NCBI GenBank assembly: GCA_965205655.1
Contig: CBDBIJ010000065.1
Location: 1-37,977 of the forward strand
Source of the DNA: Candidatus Latescibacterota bacterium
Lineage (GTDB): Bacteria > Latescibacterota > UBA2968 > UBA8231
Length of the DNA stretch: 37,977 nt
Direction of reading: 5' to 3'
This document shows, in pieces, positions 19,025-28,863 of this stretch (its first letter is position 1; each line of letters starts with the position of its first letter). The notes under the pieces are model-generated. The model did no database searches and was not told where the DNA came from. It saw nothing but the letters and a program-made list of their open reading frames with translations. The position numbers and the translations under genes are program-made.

Positions 19025-20103
19025 TGGTCACCGACGGGTCCAACTGCGGTGTACGGGCATATAACGGGGCAAAGCAGCGAATGTCAAGTAAGGGTGCAGA
19101 CTGCACTTATGTTGAATCGATCATGTGGGCAGCCCATATTTGAGGAGTTGGGACACGGGCTCACAGGAACTCAACCAATCTCCGAAACAATCCTATGGCA
19201 TCCAGCGCGCGTTCGCTGACGAGAAACCTCTCCCTGGCGGCGACCGCCATCACCGTGCTGATCACCGGTCTGGCTCACGTCGAAATCCTCGTCTTCCTCC
19301 AGCCGATGCGAGTACCCCTCTTCATCCTGACTGTCGTGGCGTGGGGCTCCTACTACATGGTCAGGACCTTCGCAAATCCGCTCAAGAGCGGCAAGCTCAT
19401 CATCTCCTGCGAGGGCCCGGGCGAGGAGATCGCACAGAGGGCGACCTACTTCAGTTTGCAGCAACAGGCCGAGTTCGAGGCGGGAAGCGCCGACGACGAG
19501 GCCTTCATCAAAGGAGAGCGGGCTTACCTCGCCTTCCACTACTCGCAAGCGGCGAAAGACTATCAGAAATCGCTGGAAGCGACGCCGGCGATGCCGGCCT
19601 ACCTCAACGCCGGGGTCTCGCTGCTAAACTGCTCGCACTTCGAGGAGGCCGAGGAGGTGCTCGGTATGGGGCTGCAGCTGGCGGAACGACTGGAGGGCCG
19701 GCCATTCCAGGCGGCATGTTACGCCAACATCGGCATCGTGCACGCCCGCACCGGCAGACTGGGCTCGGCATCTGAATCGTGCGAGAGAGCCATCGGCTTG
19801 TTTCTCCAGCTCGGGGACGGCCGTGGTCAGGCCGACGTCCAGCTCACAGTGGGAAATATTCACGCCAACCAGGGAGACTGGGAGGCGGCGAGGAAGGCAT
19901 TCGAGGCGGCGCTCAAGCGCTACGAGATTTCCCACAGCGAACTCGGCCGTGCGAACGCCCGGGGCAACCTCGGAAACATGTTCATGTTTCAGGGCGATCT
20001 CGAGGAGGCACTGCGTCAACACCGGGGGGCTCTCGAAATCCACGAACAGATAGGCAACCCTCTTGGCCGGGCGAATGCGGTAAGCAACATCGGCAACGTG
20101 CGG

Positions 20104-21513
20104 GAGCTTGGGTCAAATGGTGTGTAAACGACTCAGGCGGCGATCTTCTTCCTTTGCGCGATGGGTGATCCGTTTTCGTAGCACTCCCCGGCGTAGACGT
20201 CAGCCATGAGATGCGGTGCATTGAGTCGCCGGAATCGTTTCTCGGCCACCATCAGTACCCGCCAAATGAGGGCGGTGGCATTGGCCACCTTCCTGTATCG
20301 TTTGGCCGCATTGGTTCGCAACCGTACCGAAGCGAAGGGACTTTCGACGACGTTGGTGGTGCGCAGGTGTTGCCAGTGGGCCTCGGGAAAGTCGTAGAAT
20401 GTCACCATACGGTCCCAATCGCGCTCAAGGATATCGACGGCGTCTGGACACTCGCGGCGAAACCGTTTGGCGAATTGATCGCGACGTTTCGTCGCTTCCT
20501 GACGGGTCGGCGCGTACGGGATCTGTGTCAGCAGGTGCCGCCCTTCGACCTGCACGCGTTTTGGCAGCTTATCCAGCACGTTCAGGATGCGGTGATTCCA
20601 GCATCGCTGTTCAGCCGTCTCCGGCCAGACCTCTGCCAGGGCCGCCCAGATACCCAGGTGCCCATCCGCCACCAACAACTTCGCCACGCTCAGTCCGCGG
20701 TCACGCAGATCGCGCAGTACGCCCGCCCACGACTCTGTCGATTCGCGATAGCCCGGGACAATCGTCAGGACTTCTTTGCGCCCATCGCTCATCGCGCCGA
20801 TGACCACCAGGAGAGCGGCTTTTTGCTTCTCAAGACCGGCTTTGACGTAGATCCCGTCCGCCCAGGCGTAGACGAGCTCGCGGTCATCCAGTCGTCGGCT
20901 GCGCCAGGCGTTGTATTCGACGATCCACTTCTCACGCAAACGAGCGATCGAGGACGCCGACAAAGGCGCTCCCTTGCCCAGCAGGCCGCGCAGCGCCAGC
21001 TCGAAGTCGCCCTGAGACAAACCGTGCAGGTAAAGCTCTACCGTGACCTGGCAGAACCGACTGCAGCTGGGCACATTTCCGTCGTGCTGTTTCTTGGGTG
21101 CGCCGGGCGAACAGCGGCAGTACCGCACTCTCAAATCGCTCTTCCAGACCCCGCACCCGAGGGCGTTTCACCTCGATCGTGCCCGAGGTCAAGGACAGTC
21201 GCCGCCGCTTCCCGTACCCATTGCGGTAGCCGCCGGCTGCGTCCAACGGTGCCTGTCGCTCGTACCGTGACCGTCCCAGCGCATGGGTGACTTCTTCATC
21301 CAGAACCGACTGCATCAGCGACTGAATCTGCGAGCGTGTCCACTCTTCCAGCGTTTCGAACGTGGGCATGGACATTTCCGTCGTGCTCGGCTTAGGTTGT
21401 GCCATGGCGATTCTCCTCTTCCTGCCGGGATAGCCCCGGCGTTTGTGATGGCTAATTACAAAGGAAGGGTAGGATCGCCGTCTGTCTATTTCCACACCTT
21501 CTGATTATAGCTC
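20104..21513 (-). mobile_element. IS256-family insertion sequence, copy 2 (complete, 1410 bp as assembled)
   Basis: Imperfect ~26-bp terminal IRs (GAGCTTGGGTCAAATGGTGTGTAAAC vs reverse complement GAGCTATAATCAGAAGGTGTGGAAAT); 8-bp target duplication ACGTGCGG at 20096-20103 and 21514-21521. Confidence 0.96.
20133..21405 (-). CDS. IS256-family (Mutator-type DDE) transposase, frameshifted in this assembly
   Basis: YRNGY, PRVR, WADGIY (D), VADG (D), QRCWNH, RTTNVVES (E). Replacing 21040-21089 with the 16-nt copy-1 sequence yields a single 412-aa ORF. Confidence 0.92.
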
Positions 21514-21570
21514 ACGTGCGGTTTCGTATGGAACACCTTCTGTTATAGCTCACGTGCGGTTTCGTATGGA
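21494..21570. repeat. Tandem duplication (39 bp + 38 bp) spanning the IS end and flanking host DNA
   Basis: ACACCTTCTGATTATAGCTCACGTGCGGTTTCGTATGGA (21494-21532) repeated at 21533-21570 with one A missing. Confidence 0.93.
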
Positions 21571-21994
21571 ACAGTTCGCCGAAGCCCGCACGGCGTACGT
21601 CACGGCGCTCGAAATCTATCGAGAAATCGGGGCGCCGTTGGGGGAAGCGAGCGCCCTGATGAATCTGGGAAACGTCCATTTCAGGGAGCGCAAGTTCAAA
21701 GACGCGCTCGACATGTACGAGCGCACGCTCTCCATCCACAAAGAGATCGGCAATGCTCTTGGACAGGCCAATGCGCTGACGAATCTCGGCAGCCTGTTTT
21801 CGAAAACGGACAGGCACCAGGAGGCGGTGGAGTGCGCCCATGAGGCGCGGTCGCTCTACGAGAAAGTGGGGGCCCGCACCCAGGGCATGAAGTCAGTGGA
21901 GACACTCATAAAACGACTGGAGCGAGACGGTGGGGCAGGCGACGAGGTCTCCGCGGATGACGATTCGGGAGCCTAGGAGTGGAGATTTCGATCC

Positions 21995-22045
21995 ATATAT
22001 CAATAAATCTTGATATATTGACATATTGGCAGAAATCCCTATATT
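21995..22045 (+). promoter_or_regulatory. Palindromic operator (SahR-type) abutting the sahR-ahcY promoter
   Basis: Perfect inverted repeat ATATATCAA-N6-TTGATATAT (21995-22018), then TTGACA (22018-22023), 16-bp spacer, TATATT (22040-22045). Confidence 0.82.
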
Positions 22046-22055
22046 CGACGAGATC

Positions 22056-23039
22056 ATGGCAGAGCCCTTGAAGATCTACAAAGCGCTGGCCGACGAGACC
22101 CGGTTGCGTCTGATGCGGCTGCTGTCACGAGGTCCGCTGAACGTCAATGAGGTCATCGGCATTATGCAGATGGGCCAGAGCAGGGTGTCGAGACACCTGA
22201 AGATCCTGGCCGAGGCCGGGTTGGTGACGAGCAGGCGGGAGGGCACGTGGATCTACTACGAAGAAATCCCAAACGGCGACGGTCTGGTATCCGATACACT
22301 TGCCAACCTGAGCGCCCACGAAAAAGAGCTCTGCTCCTATTCCGAAGATGTCCAGAGACTCGAGGCCTCGATCGAGAGTCGCAGGGAGCGGACCCGAGCC
22401 TACTTCGACAGTTTGCGCGATCCCAGCGCTTTTCTCCAGCACCCGAGCCTGAACGGCGACTACTATCGCGAGGTCGCCGTATCTCTGCTGCCGCGAGACT
22501 GTGAGACCGTTCTCGACATGGGCACTGGTTCCGGGCTGCTGCTGCCCCACCTGCTCGAGCGGTCGGAGAGCGTCATCGCAGTCGATTCATCGACGACGAT
22601 GCTCGATCTGGCGAAAAGAGCCGCTGGCCGGCAATCGGAGCGATGCGATTTCCGCCTCGGCGACCTCGAGCACCTGCCCGTCGCCGACGGTGAAGTGCAG
22701 TCGGTGATGGCCTGCATGGTGCTCCATCACATCTCGCGTCCGGCCGATGTGCTGGCGGAGGCCTATCGCACCTTGACGCCCGGCGGCCACGTCGTCATCG
22801 TCGATCTCAATCAGCACCAGGACGAATCTCTTCGAGAGCGTCTCGCCGATCTGTGGCTGGGATTTCAGCCGAGCCAGGTGAAGCGCTGGTTGAAGGAGGC
22901 GGACTTCGAAGTTGTCGAATGGAAGACAATCGTACCAAAGCCAGAGCACATCCTTGGCGAATCAACCGGGGGTAAAGCGCGGGCGAGCGCGCCTGCCGAT
23001 CCCCTCAAACTCATCACCTTCAAAGGACGGAAACCATGA
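22056..23039 (+). CDS. sahR: ArsR-HTH plus class I methyltransferase-like SAM-sensing repressor
   Basis: [10 protein letters not shown]...[43 protein letters not shown]-coupled to ahcY. Confidence 0.88.
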   Translation: MAEPLKIYKALADETRLRLMRLLSRGPLNVNEVIGIMQMGQSRVSRHLKILAEAGLVTSRREGTWIYYEEIPNGDGLVSDTLANLSAHEKELCSYSEDVQRLEASIESRRERTRAYFDSLRDPSAFLQHPSLNGDYYREVAVSLLPRDCETVLDMGTGSGLLLPHLLERSESVIAVDSSTTMLDLAKRAAGRQSERCDFRLGDLEHLPVADGEVQSVMACMVLHHISRPADVLAEAYRTLTPGGHVVIVDLNQHQDESLRERLADLWLGFQPSQVKRWLKEADFEVVEWKTIVPKPEHILGESTGGKARASAPADPLKLITFKGRKP

Positions 23040-24367
23040 CGACAACAGCAGAGCAGGCGGCACCGGCGGTGACCCCGGGCGAGGATTTCAAGGTAGCCGA
23101 CCTTTCTCTGGCCGATTGGGGTCGGGAGGAGATCATCCTGGCCGAAAAGGAGATGCCGGGGCTGATGGCGCTGCGGGAGGACTACGGCGGCAGCCAGCCG
23201 CTGGCTGGAGCGCGAATCGCGGGATCGCTTCACATGACGATCCAAACCGCCGTGCTCATCGAAACGCTGCAGGCGCTGGGCGCGCAGGTTCGCTGGGCAT
23301 CATGCAACATCTTCTCCACCCAGGACCACGCCGCCGCCGCCATCGCCGGGACGGGAACCCCCGTGTTCGCCTGGAAGGGTGAAACGGAGGAAGAGTACTG
23401 GTGGTGCACGGATCAGACCCTGAACTGGCCCGCCGATGAGGTCCCCAATCTAATTCTCGACGACGGCGGAGACCTCACGAAATGGGTCCACAGCGAGCAT
23501 CCCGGCCTTCTGGACGCAGTGCGGGGCGTGTCCGAGGAGACGACGACCGGCGTGCACAATCTCTACCGCATGCTGGAGGAGGGAGCGCTGCGTATCCCCG
23601 CCATCAACGTGAACGACAGCGTCACCAAGTCGAAGTTTGACAACCTCTACGGCTGCCGGGAGTCGCTGCTGGACGGAATCAAGCGCGCGACCGACATCAT
23701 GATCGCCGGCAAGGTCGTGGTGGTCGCCGGCTACGGCGATGTGGGCAAGGGGTGTATGCAATCGGCGCGCGGCCAGGGCGCGAGGGTCATCGTCACCGAA
23801 ATCGACCCCATCTGCGCCCTGCAGGCCGCGATGGAGGGGCTCGAGGTGATGCCCATGGCCGAGGCGCTCAAAGAAGGAGATATCTTCATCACGACGACGG
23901 GATGCATGGACGTGATCACAATCGATCACATGGCGGCGATGAAGGACGGGGCCATCGTCTGCAACATCGGGCACTTCGATGTGGAGATTCAGGTAGATGC
24001 CCTCGACAACTATCCGGGCATTCGGAAAGACGAGATCAAACCTCAGGTCGACAAGTATACCTTTGCGGACGGGAGGTATATCGTCCTGCTAGCCGAGGGC
24101 AGGCTCGTCAACCTCGGCTGCGCCACCGGTCACCCCTCCTTCGTCATGTCCTGCTCATTCACGAATCAGGTGCTGGCGCAGATGGAGCTGTTCAACAACG
24201 ACTACGAGGTGGGAGTCTACACGCTGCCGAAGAAGCTTGACGAGCAGGTGGCGCGGCTGCACCTGAAGAAACTGGGCGTGGTGCTCGAGCAGCTCGACGA
24301 GGACCAGGCGAGCTACCTGGGAATCGACGTCAAGGGGCCCTACAAGCCCGAGCACTACAGGTACTAG
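23036..24367 (+). CDS. ahcY: Adenosylhomocysteinase
   Basis: [64 protein letters not shown], terminal YRY. Confidence 0.99.
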   Translation: MTTTAEQAAPAVTPGEDFKVADLSLADWGREEIILAEKEMPGLMALREDYGGSQPLAGARIAGSLHMTIQTAVLIETLQALGAQVRWASCNIFSTQDHAAAAIAGTGTPVFAWKGETEEEYWWCTDQTLNWPADEVPNLILDDGGDLTKWVHSEHPGLLDAVRGVSEETTTGVHNLYRMLEEGALRIPAINVNDSVTKSKFDNLYGCRESLLDGIKRATDIMIAGKVVVVAGYGDVGKGCMQSARGQGARVIVTEIDPICALQAAMEGLEVMPMAEALKEGDIFITTTGCMDVITIDHMAAMKDGAIVCNIGHFDVEIQVDALDNYPGIRKDEIKPQVDKYTFADGRYIVLLAEGRLVNLGCATGHPSFVMSCSFTNQVLAQMELFNNDYEVGVYTLPKKLDEQVARLHLKKLGVVLEQLDEDQASYLGIDVKGPYKPEHYRY

Positions 24368-24402
24368 GCGGAGCCCCCGAACCTCGCCGCGCCCGGGTTG
24401 AT

Positions 24403-26496
24403 CTATTCGAACGACTCCGCGAATTCGTTACACACGCGGGCGAGGTCCAGGTTGTTTTCGACGGTCAGTTTCGCGGCGAGCAGGCGGCACTGCGCCGCGA
24501 GGTCTCTGGCCGCCTCCGCAGGGGTGGGGTACAGCGTGCGCGCATGGTTGAGGGCTGCTCGAGCTGGCTCGATCTTGCCTTTTTCGAGCAGGACCAGTCC
24601 GTAGCGTCGCCAGAAGGGCAGGTCTGACGGAGAGTTTTCCGCCACCAGGCGAAGGTGAGGTTCCGCATCGAGCGAGCGACCCGCCCCCACAAGGGCGGCC
24701 ACGAGTCGCGAGCGCAGCAGGAGTTTGTCCGGGCGAATCGAAACGGCCGTAGTGTAGGAGCGGGCGGCTTCCTCATATTTCTGCTGGCCCATATAGAGGC
24801 TGCCAAGCAAATGGTGTGCGTTGACGTTGAATTTCCACTCCCTGGTTGAGCGCAAGAGCCAGTCTTCTGCATTCTCCGCATCCCCTCGACTCAGATAGTA
24901 CCTACCCACAACCATTTCATCGCGCCCGAAATCCATCGGCAGTGACTTGGTTCGCTCGAGTGCCCGCAGCTCAGATGTATTCAGAGCGATCCACGGGACA
25001 ATGTGAAACAGGGAAATGAGCGCTGCGCTGAGGAGGGCGCCGTGAACCCTGACCTCATTGTCGGACAGATCCACGCTCTCTGCTGCCGACTCGGAAACGG
25101 GTCGATCGTCGTCGTCGTGTTCACTGCGAAAGAAAAAGAGCCCAAGTGCCGCAGTCGTGAAGACGAGTGCCGAGGGTACAAAAACGTCCCAATCGCGTGG
25201 ATAGCCGAGTATCGGGTCCGCGGCGATCCAGTTCCCACCGAGGTATGACAGGCCGGCGACAGCCAAGAACAGGTTGACGGCACTGCGAGCCGCCCATTCC
25301 CGTCTAATTGCGAAAAGCAGCGCAGGAAGAAAAAAGAGCAGTCCGAAGGGACCTATCAGAAACTGCTCGTCCAGAAAATCGCGGAGATGACGGCCCGAGA
25401 GCGCATAGCTCCACCCCGAGCCCGTGCCTTTTCCGGTGATCGCCTCCACAAGAATGCCGCCGACGAGGCGCTCGACGGAAAAATCCTCGCCGCGAAGCTG
25501 GAGCAGAAGGATCAGTCCCGCGATTACCATTGCGGTGAAGGCGAAACTCCGAATCGTGGCTCGTCGCCGGTCAACGTCGAGCCATCTCGCCACCAGGAGC
25601 GCTGCGAACGAGGGCAACAGCGCGAGGCTCGCCAGATGCAGCCCCAGCGCCAGGACGAGTGCAAGGGTCGGCTCGACAACGCCGCATGAACCCTTCAGAA
25701 ACCGTATGGAGAACAGCAGATAGAGGCAGAGGGCGAGGGTCAGGTAGGTGTAGTTCTCTGGATAGCCGAAAAATAGAAGAACGAACCCCTGGGTAAGAAT
25801 CAGTAGCGTGCAGGAGATCCACGCCCCCGTAGGTCGCGGGACGAGCTCTTGCGTCAGCTTGCAGACAACGAAGAAGAAGGCGACACCGCATACGATGCTC
25901 TCGAGTGCCGTGCTGAAGCGGGCGACCTCCTTTGGAAGAGTTTCCTCAAAGAGCGGCAGCGCCTGGATCCAATCGTAGGTCTGCTGGTGGAGCCACATGG
26001 TGAGTGGCTCCCGGGAATGGAACTCGTTCCCCTTTGGCAGATTGTCCACCAGGACGTTCGAGTCGCCGAGAAGGAGATGCCGTACTCGAAACACCCACAG
26101 GATGGCGAAGCCGGCCAGGCCGACGATGGCTCCAAAGAGCAGTCTGAAGCGACCGGGCAGTCGCCTCAGATCGACTGCGCGACGAGAAATCCACGAGTGC
26201 CAGTGCCTGGCGATCGGGTTCCCAGAGAACAGGGGGAACGAAGCGAACAGGAGGAAGACGATTCCGACAACGAAGACGGGGAGCGGAAAGAAAGCGTAAA
26301 AGTGGGCGCCCCACAATGTTCCTGTGAGCGGGCCGTACCCGAGTGCATGGGCGAGGAGGGTCACGACCCAAAGGGCGATGACGGTCTGTCGCAGCCGTTG
26401 ACTCATGTCGACTTTTCGGGAGTCCGAAAAGTCGACCTTGGGACGTACTGGTCTTGCCTTCGACGCCCGACGTCTCGAGGATTTCGACCGGGCCAT
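24403..26496 (-). CDS. Polytopic membrane protein (GT-C-like) with C-terminal TPR repeats
   Basis: More than ten hydrophobic segments, loops LLGDS, FFGYPENY and RDWD, then TPR-like AHHLLGSLYMGQQKYEEA. The glycosyltransferase assignment is inference. Confidence 0.7.
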   Translation of the reverse strand: MARSKSSRRRASKARPVRPKVDFSDSRKVDMSQRLRQTVIALWVVTLLAHALGYGPLTGTLWGAHFYAFFPLPVFVVGIVFLLFASFPLFSGNPIARHWHSWISRRAVDLRRLPGRFRLLFGAIVGLAGFAILWVFRVRHLLLGDSNVLVDNLPKGNEFHSREPLTMWLHQQTYDWIQALPLFEETLPKEVARFSTALESIVCGVAFFFVVCKLTQELVPRPTGAWISCTLLILTQGFVLLFFGYPENYTYLTLALCLYLLFSIRFLKGSCGVVEPTLALVLALGLHLASLALLPSFAALLVARWLDVDRRRATIRSFAFTAMVIAGLILLLQLRGEDFSVERLVGGILVEAITGKGTGSGWSYALSGRHLRDFLDEQFLIGPFGLLFFLPALLFAIRREWAARSAVNLFLAVAGLSYLGGNWIAADPILGYPRDWDVFVPSALVFTTAALGLFFFRSEHDDDDRPVSESAAESVDLSDNEVRVHGALLSAALISLFHIVPWIALNTSELRALERTKSLPMDFGRDEMVVGRYYLSRGDAENAEDWLLRSTREWKFNVNAHHLLGSLYMGQQKYEEAARSYTTAVSIRPDKLLLRSRLVAALVGAGRSLDAEPHLRLVAENSPSDLPFWRRYGLVLLEKGKIEPARAALNHARTLYPTPAEAARDLAAQCRLLAAKLTVENNLDLARVCNEFAESFE

Positions 26497-26754
26497 GTCA
26501 GCGGTTGCCGAGCGCCCGTTCCGGCGTCAGTCGGTACAAAAAAAGAGCAGCCAACTCACCAGAATACCGATTAGTTATGTCGAAGTTCCATATGTATATA
26601 TGGAAACTTCCGGTAGGGTAATCTTCTGTGAGTTCAGGCCACTCTGTGCGATTTGAAAGGCGCAAATCCTATGCCACGTCTGGCGAAGAGACAAGTCTGG
26701 AGGATCGCCCATTCGATGCACCGAAGCTGGTTCATTTTTCCCATGGTAGGGTAA

Positions 26755-27444
26755 CTAATTCCCACCTCCCGTTTCCTCTTTGATCTCCCGAATCCAGTCG
26801 ACGACCTGACGGACGTTCTCCGTAAGCGCTGCGTAGTCACCCGAAGCGACGATCTGTTTCGTGACCAGCTTCGAACCGATGCCGACGCAGGCGACGCCGG
26901 CCTCGAACCAGGCCCGGAGGCTATCGCGGCTGGCGTCGACTCCACCGGTGGGCATGATGCGGGTCCACGGGCACGGCCCCAGGACGGACTTCACGAAGTT
27001 TGGACCACCCACCTCGGTGCCAGGGAACATCTTGACGATCTCGACCCCCAGCTCCTCGGCTCGAGCGATTTCGCTGACGCTACCGCATCCTGGAGAGTAG
27101 GGGACCTTGCGTCGGTTGCAGAGCCTGGCGACCTCGGTGTTGAGCAACGGCCCGACGACGAAGTTGGCGCCGCTGGCAATGTAGAGACTTGCCGTGGGAG
27201 CATCGACGACGGAGCCGACGCCGAGTATGACATCGAGCTCCGAGTCGATGATATGTTGTACGGCATCGGCAAAGACGCGATAGGCGAGATCTCCGCGGTT
27301 GGTAAACTCGACCACGCGCGACCCGCCGCCGGCGCAGGCCTCGATGACGGATATTGTGGTGGCGAGATCGCTGTTGTAGAAGACGGGAACGACGCCGATG
27401 TCGAACATGGCGTTGAGGACGGTCATGCGGTCGTGTTGTGCCAC
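26755..27444 (-). CDS. eda: KDPG/KHG aldolase
   Basis: VVPVFY, EFTNRG, GVGSVVD, GANFVVGP, PGCGS, KMFP (Schiff-base Lys), MPTGGV; GTG start at 27444. Confidence 0.93.
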   Translation of the reverse strand: MAQHDRMTVLNAMFDIGVVPVFYNSDLATTISVIEACAGGGSRVVEFTNRGDLAYRVFADAVQHIIDSELDVILGVGSVVDAPTASLYIASGANFVVGPLLNTEVARLCNRRKVPYSPGCGSVSEIARAEELGVEIVKMFPGTEVGGPNFVKSVLGPCPWTRIMPTGGVDASRDSLRAWFEAGVACVGIGSKLVTKQIVASGDYAALTENVRQVVDWIREIKEETGGGN

Positions 27445-27618
27445 GGTCTGCTCTTTCAATCGAAGACGGAGATGGCGGTTGGATTCGGGGTACGCTGGGA
27501 AATCTACGAAATGCGGGCAGATTTTCAACGAGGCCGGGCGGACTGGTTTACGCCTGTTGAGGGGTGTAGTCATTCCACATAGATTTGCCGCGCCAGAAAA
27601 ACTGCAAAGGGGAAGAGG

Positions 27619-28863
27619 ATGAAACCGATTCAGGTGAACGAGGAGCTGTTGTCAGGCAGCGGCTTCTTCGCCTTGGAAGAGCGCCGGCGGCAGCTATGCG
27701 AACTGTTCGGCTTCGATCGAAGGCGGGTCATCATGGGGGAGGGGGCGCTGAACGGCCTCGGGGAAGAATGCCGCCGCCTCGGGGCGAAGCGGGTTTTCAT
27801 CGTCTGCGACCCGGCGATCTCCCAACTCGAGGAACTCGTACGCACGACTCTCGAGCTGGAGAGCATCGAGCTGACAGGGTCGTTTCAGGAAATCGTGCCC
27901 AACCCGACCGTGGCAAGTGTCGATGCACTCGCGGCGACACTGCGAGAGGTGGAGTGCGACGCCGTCATCGCCATCGGCGGTGGCAGCACGATGGACACGG
28001 CCAAGGTCGGGTTGTGCGTGGGCACGGAGGGAGGGTCGTCTGCCGATTACCTCGGCTTCGACCTCTTTGCCGAGTCCGCCAGGTGGCCGCTGATCGCCAT
28101 GCCGACGACGGCGGGCACCGGCGCCGAGGCGAGCCGTGTCTCCGTGATCGCGACGGAGGCGGGTAAGCAGGCGATCTACAGCGACTACATTCAGCCGAAG
28201 GTCGCCCTCGTCGATCCGCGCTTGACACGGGACATGCCGCCGACGCTTACGGCGATTACGGCGTTGGACGCGTTGGGCCACGCCCTCGAGTGCACTGCCT
28301 CCAGGAAGAGCAACGACGTGGGCGATGCCGTCGCCCGCGAGGCGTTGAGGTGCGGCCTGCCGCATATGACGGCCGCGATCGAAGCGGGCGCGGACAATCT
28401 GGAGGCGCGCTATCACATGGCGAAAGCCAGTCTCCTCGCCGGTCTTCTGCTCAGCCCGATCAATACGGGGGCTGCCCACGCCCTGGGCTACGGCATCGAG
28501 AAGGTCTCCTACGAGAAAGGGCAGCCGGTGCCCCACGGCACGGCGGTGGCGCTGGTGCTGCCGGGGGTCATGCGCCACAATGCGCCGGCGGTGGCAGGCA
28601 AATACTACTTTGCCGCCGGGGTGGCGGGGCTGCAATTGACCGGTAGGAGTCAGGAGGAGGGCGCATCGATGGCGGCCGACTTCGTCGACGACATGCGAAG
28701 GCGCTACACGCCCTTCGGTTCGCTCACCGCCGCCGGTCTGTCGGAAGCGGACATTCCGCGCATGATCGAAATCGGTATGTCGGTGAGGCGGCTGCTCGAT
28801 CCCAACGCAGTAGAGGTCACGCCGGACGACGCCGATCGGATATACCGGGCCGTGCTGAACTGA
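27619..28863 (+). CDS. Iron-containing alcohol dehydrogenase family protein
   Basis: PNPT, GGGSTMDTAK, PTTAGTGAE, DALGHALE, AHALG, PHG. Confidence 0.92.
   Translation: MKPIQVNEELLSGSGFFALEERRRQLCELFGFDRRRVIMGEGALNGLGEECRRLGAKRVFIVCDPAISQLEELVRTTLELESIELTGSFQEIVPNPTVASVDALAATLREVECDAVIAIGGGSTMDTAKVGLCVGTEGGSSADYLGFDLFAESARWPLIAMPTTAGTGAEASRVSVIATEAGKQAIYSDYIQPKVALVDPRLTRDMPPTLTAITALDALGHALECTASRKSNDVGDAVAREALRCGLPHMTAAIEAGADNLEARYHMAKASLLAGLLLSPINTGAAHALGYGIEKVSYEKGQPVPHGTAVALVLPGVMRHNAPAVAGKYYFAAGVAGLQLTGRSQEEGASMAADFVDDMRRRYTPFGSLTAAGLSEADIPRMIEIGMSVRRLLDPNAVEVTPDDADRIYRAVLN

Larger units (their letters stand above)
19195..21976 (+). pseudogene. Membrane-anchored TPR protein split by IS256 (5' part 19195-20103, 3' part 21560-21976)
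   Basis: Removing the IS and duplicated bases joins ...SNIGNVR to FRMEQFAEARTAY... in frame, giving 441 aa. The TPR repeat pattern (LGRANAxxNxGN) continues across the junction. Two N-terminal hydrophobic helices. Confidence 0.9.

Noticed and set aside
20932..21134. Programmed ribosomal frameshift in the transposase
   Set aside because: IS256 transposases are single-ORF, and copy 1 shows the in-frame sequence at this site.
20211..21290. Long opposite-strand ORFs (also 3588-4655, 2226-3197, 9626-10531, 27694-28635, 32970-34037)
   Set aside because: These are antisense shadows of well-supported genes in GC-rich DNA, with no recognisable motifs.
1962..24367. A single SAM-metabolism island (DUF62, THUMP methyltransferase, sahR-ahcY)
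   Set aside because: The genes are many kb apart in separate transcription units, and I saw no SahR-like palindrome upstream of the other two.
28817..28863. Functional overlap of the convergent ADH and ThuA-like genes
   Set aside because: The 47-bp overlap encodes only a tail beyond the conserved NAIWW motif; stop-codon drift or an indel explains it.
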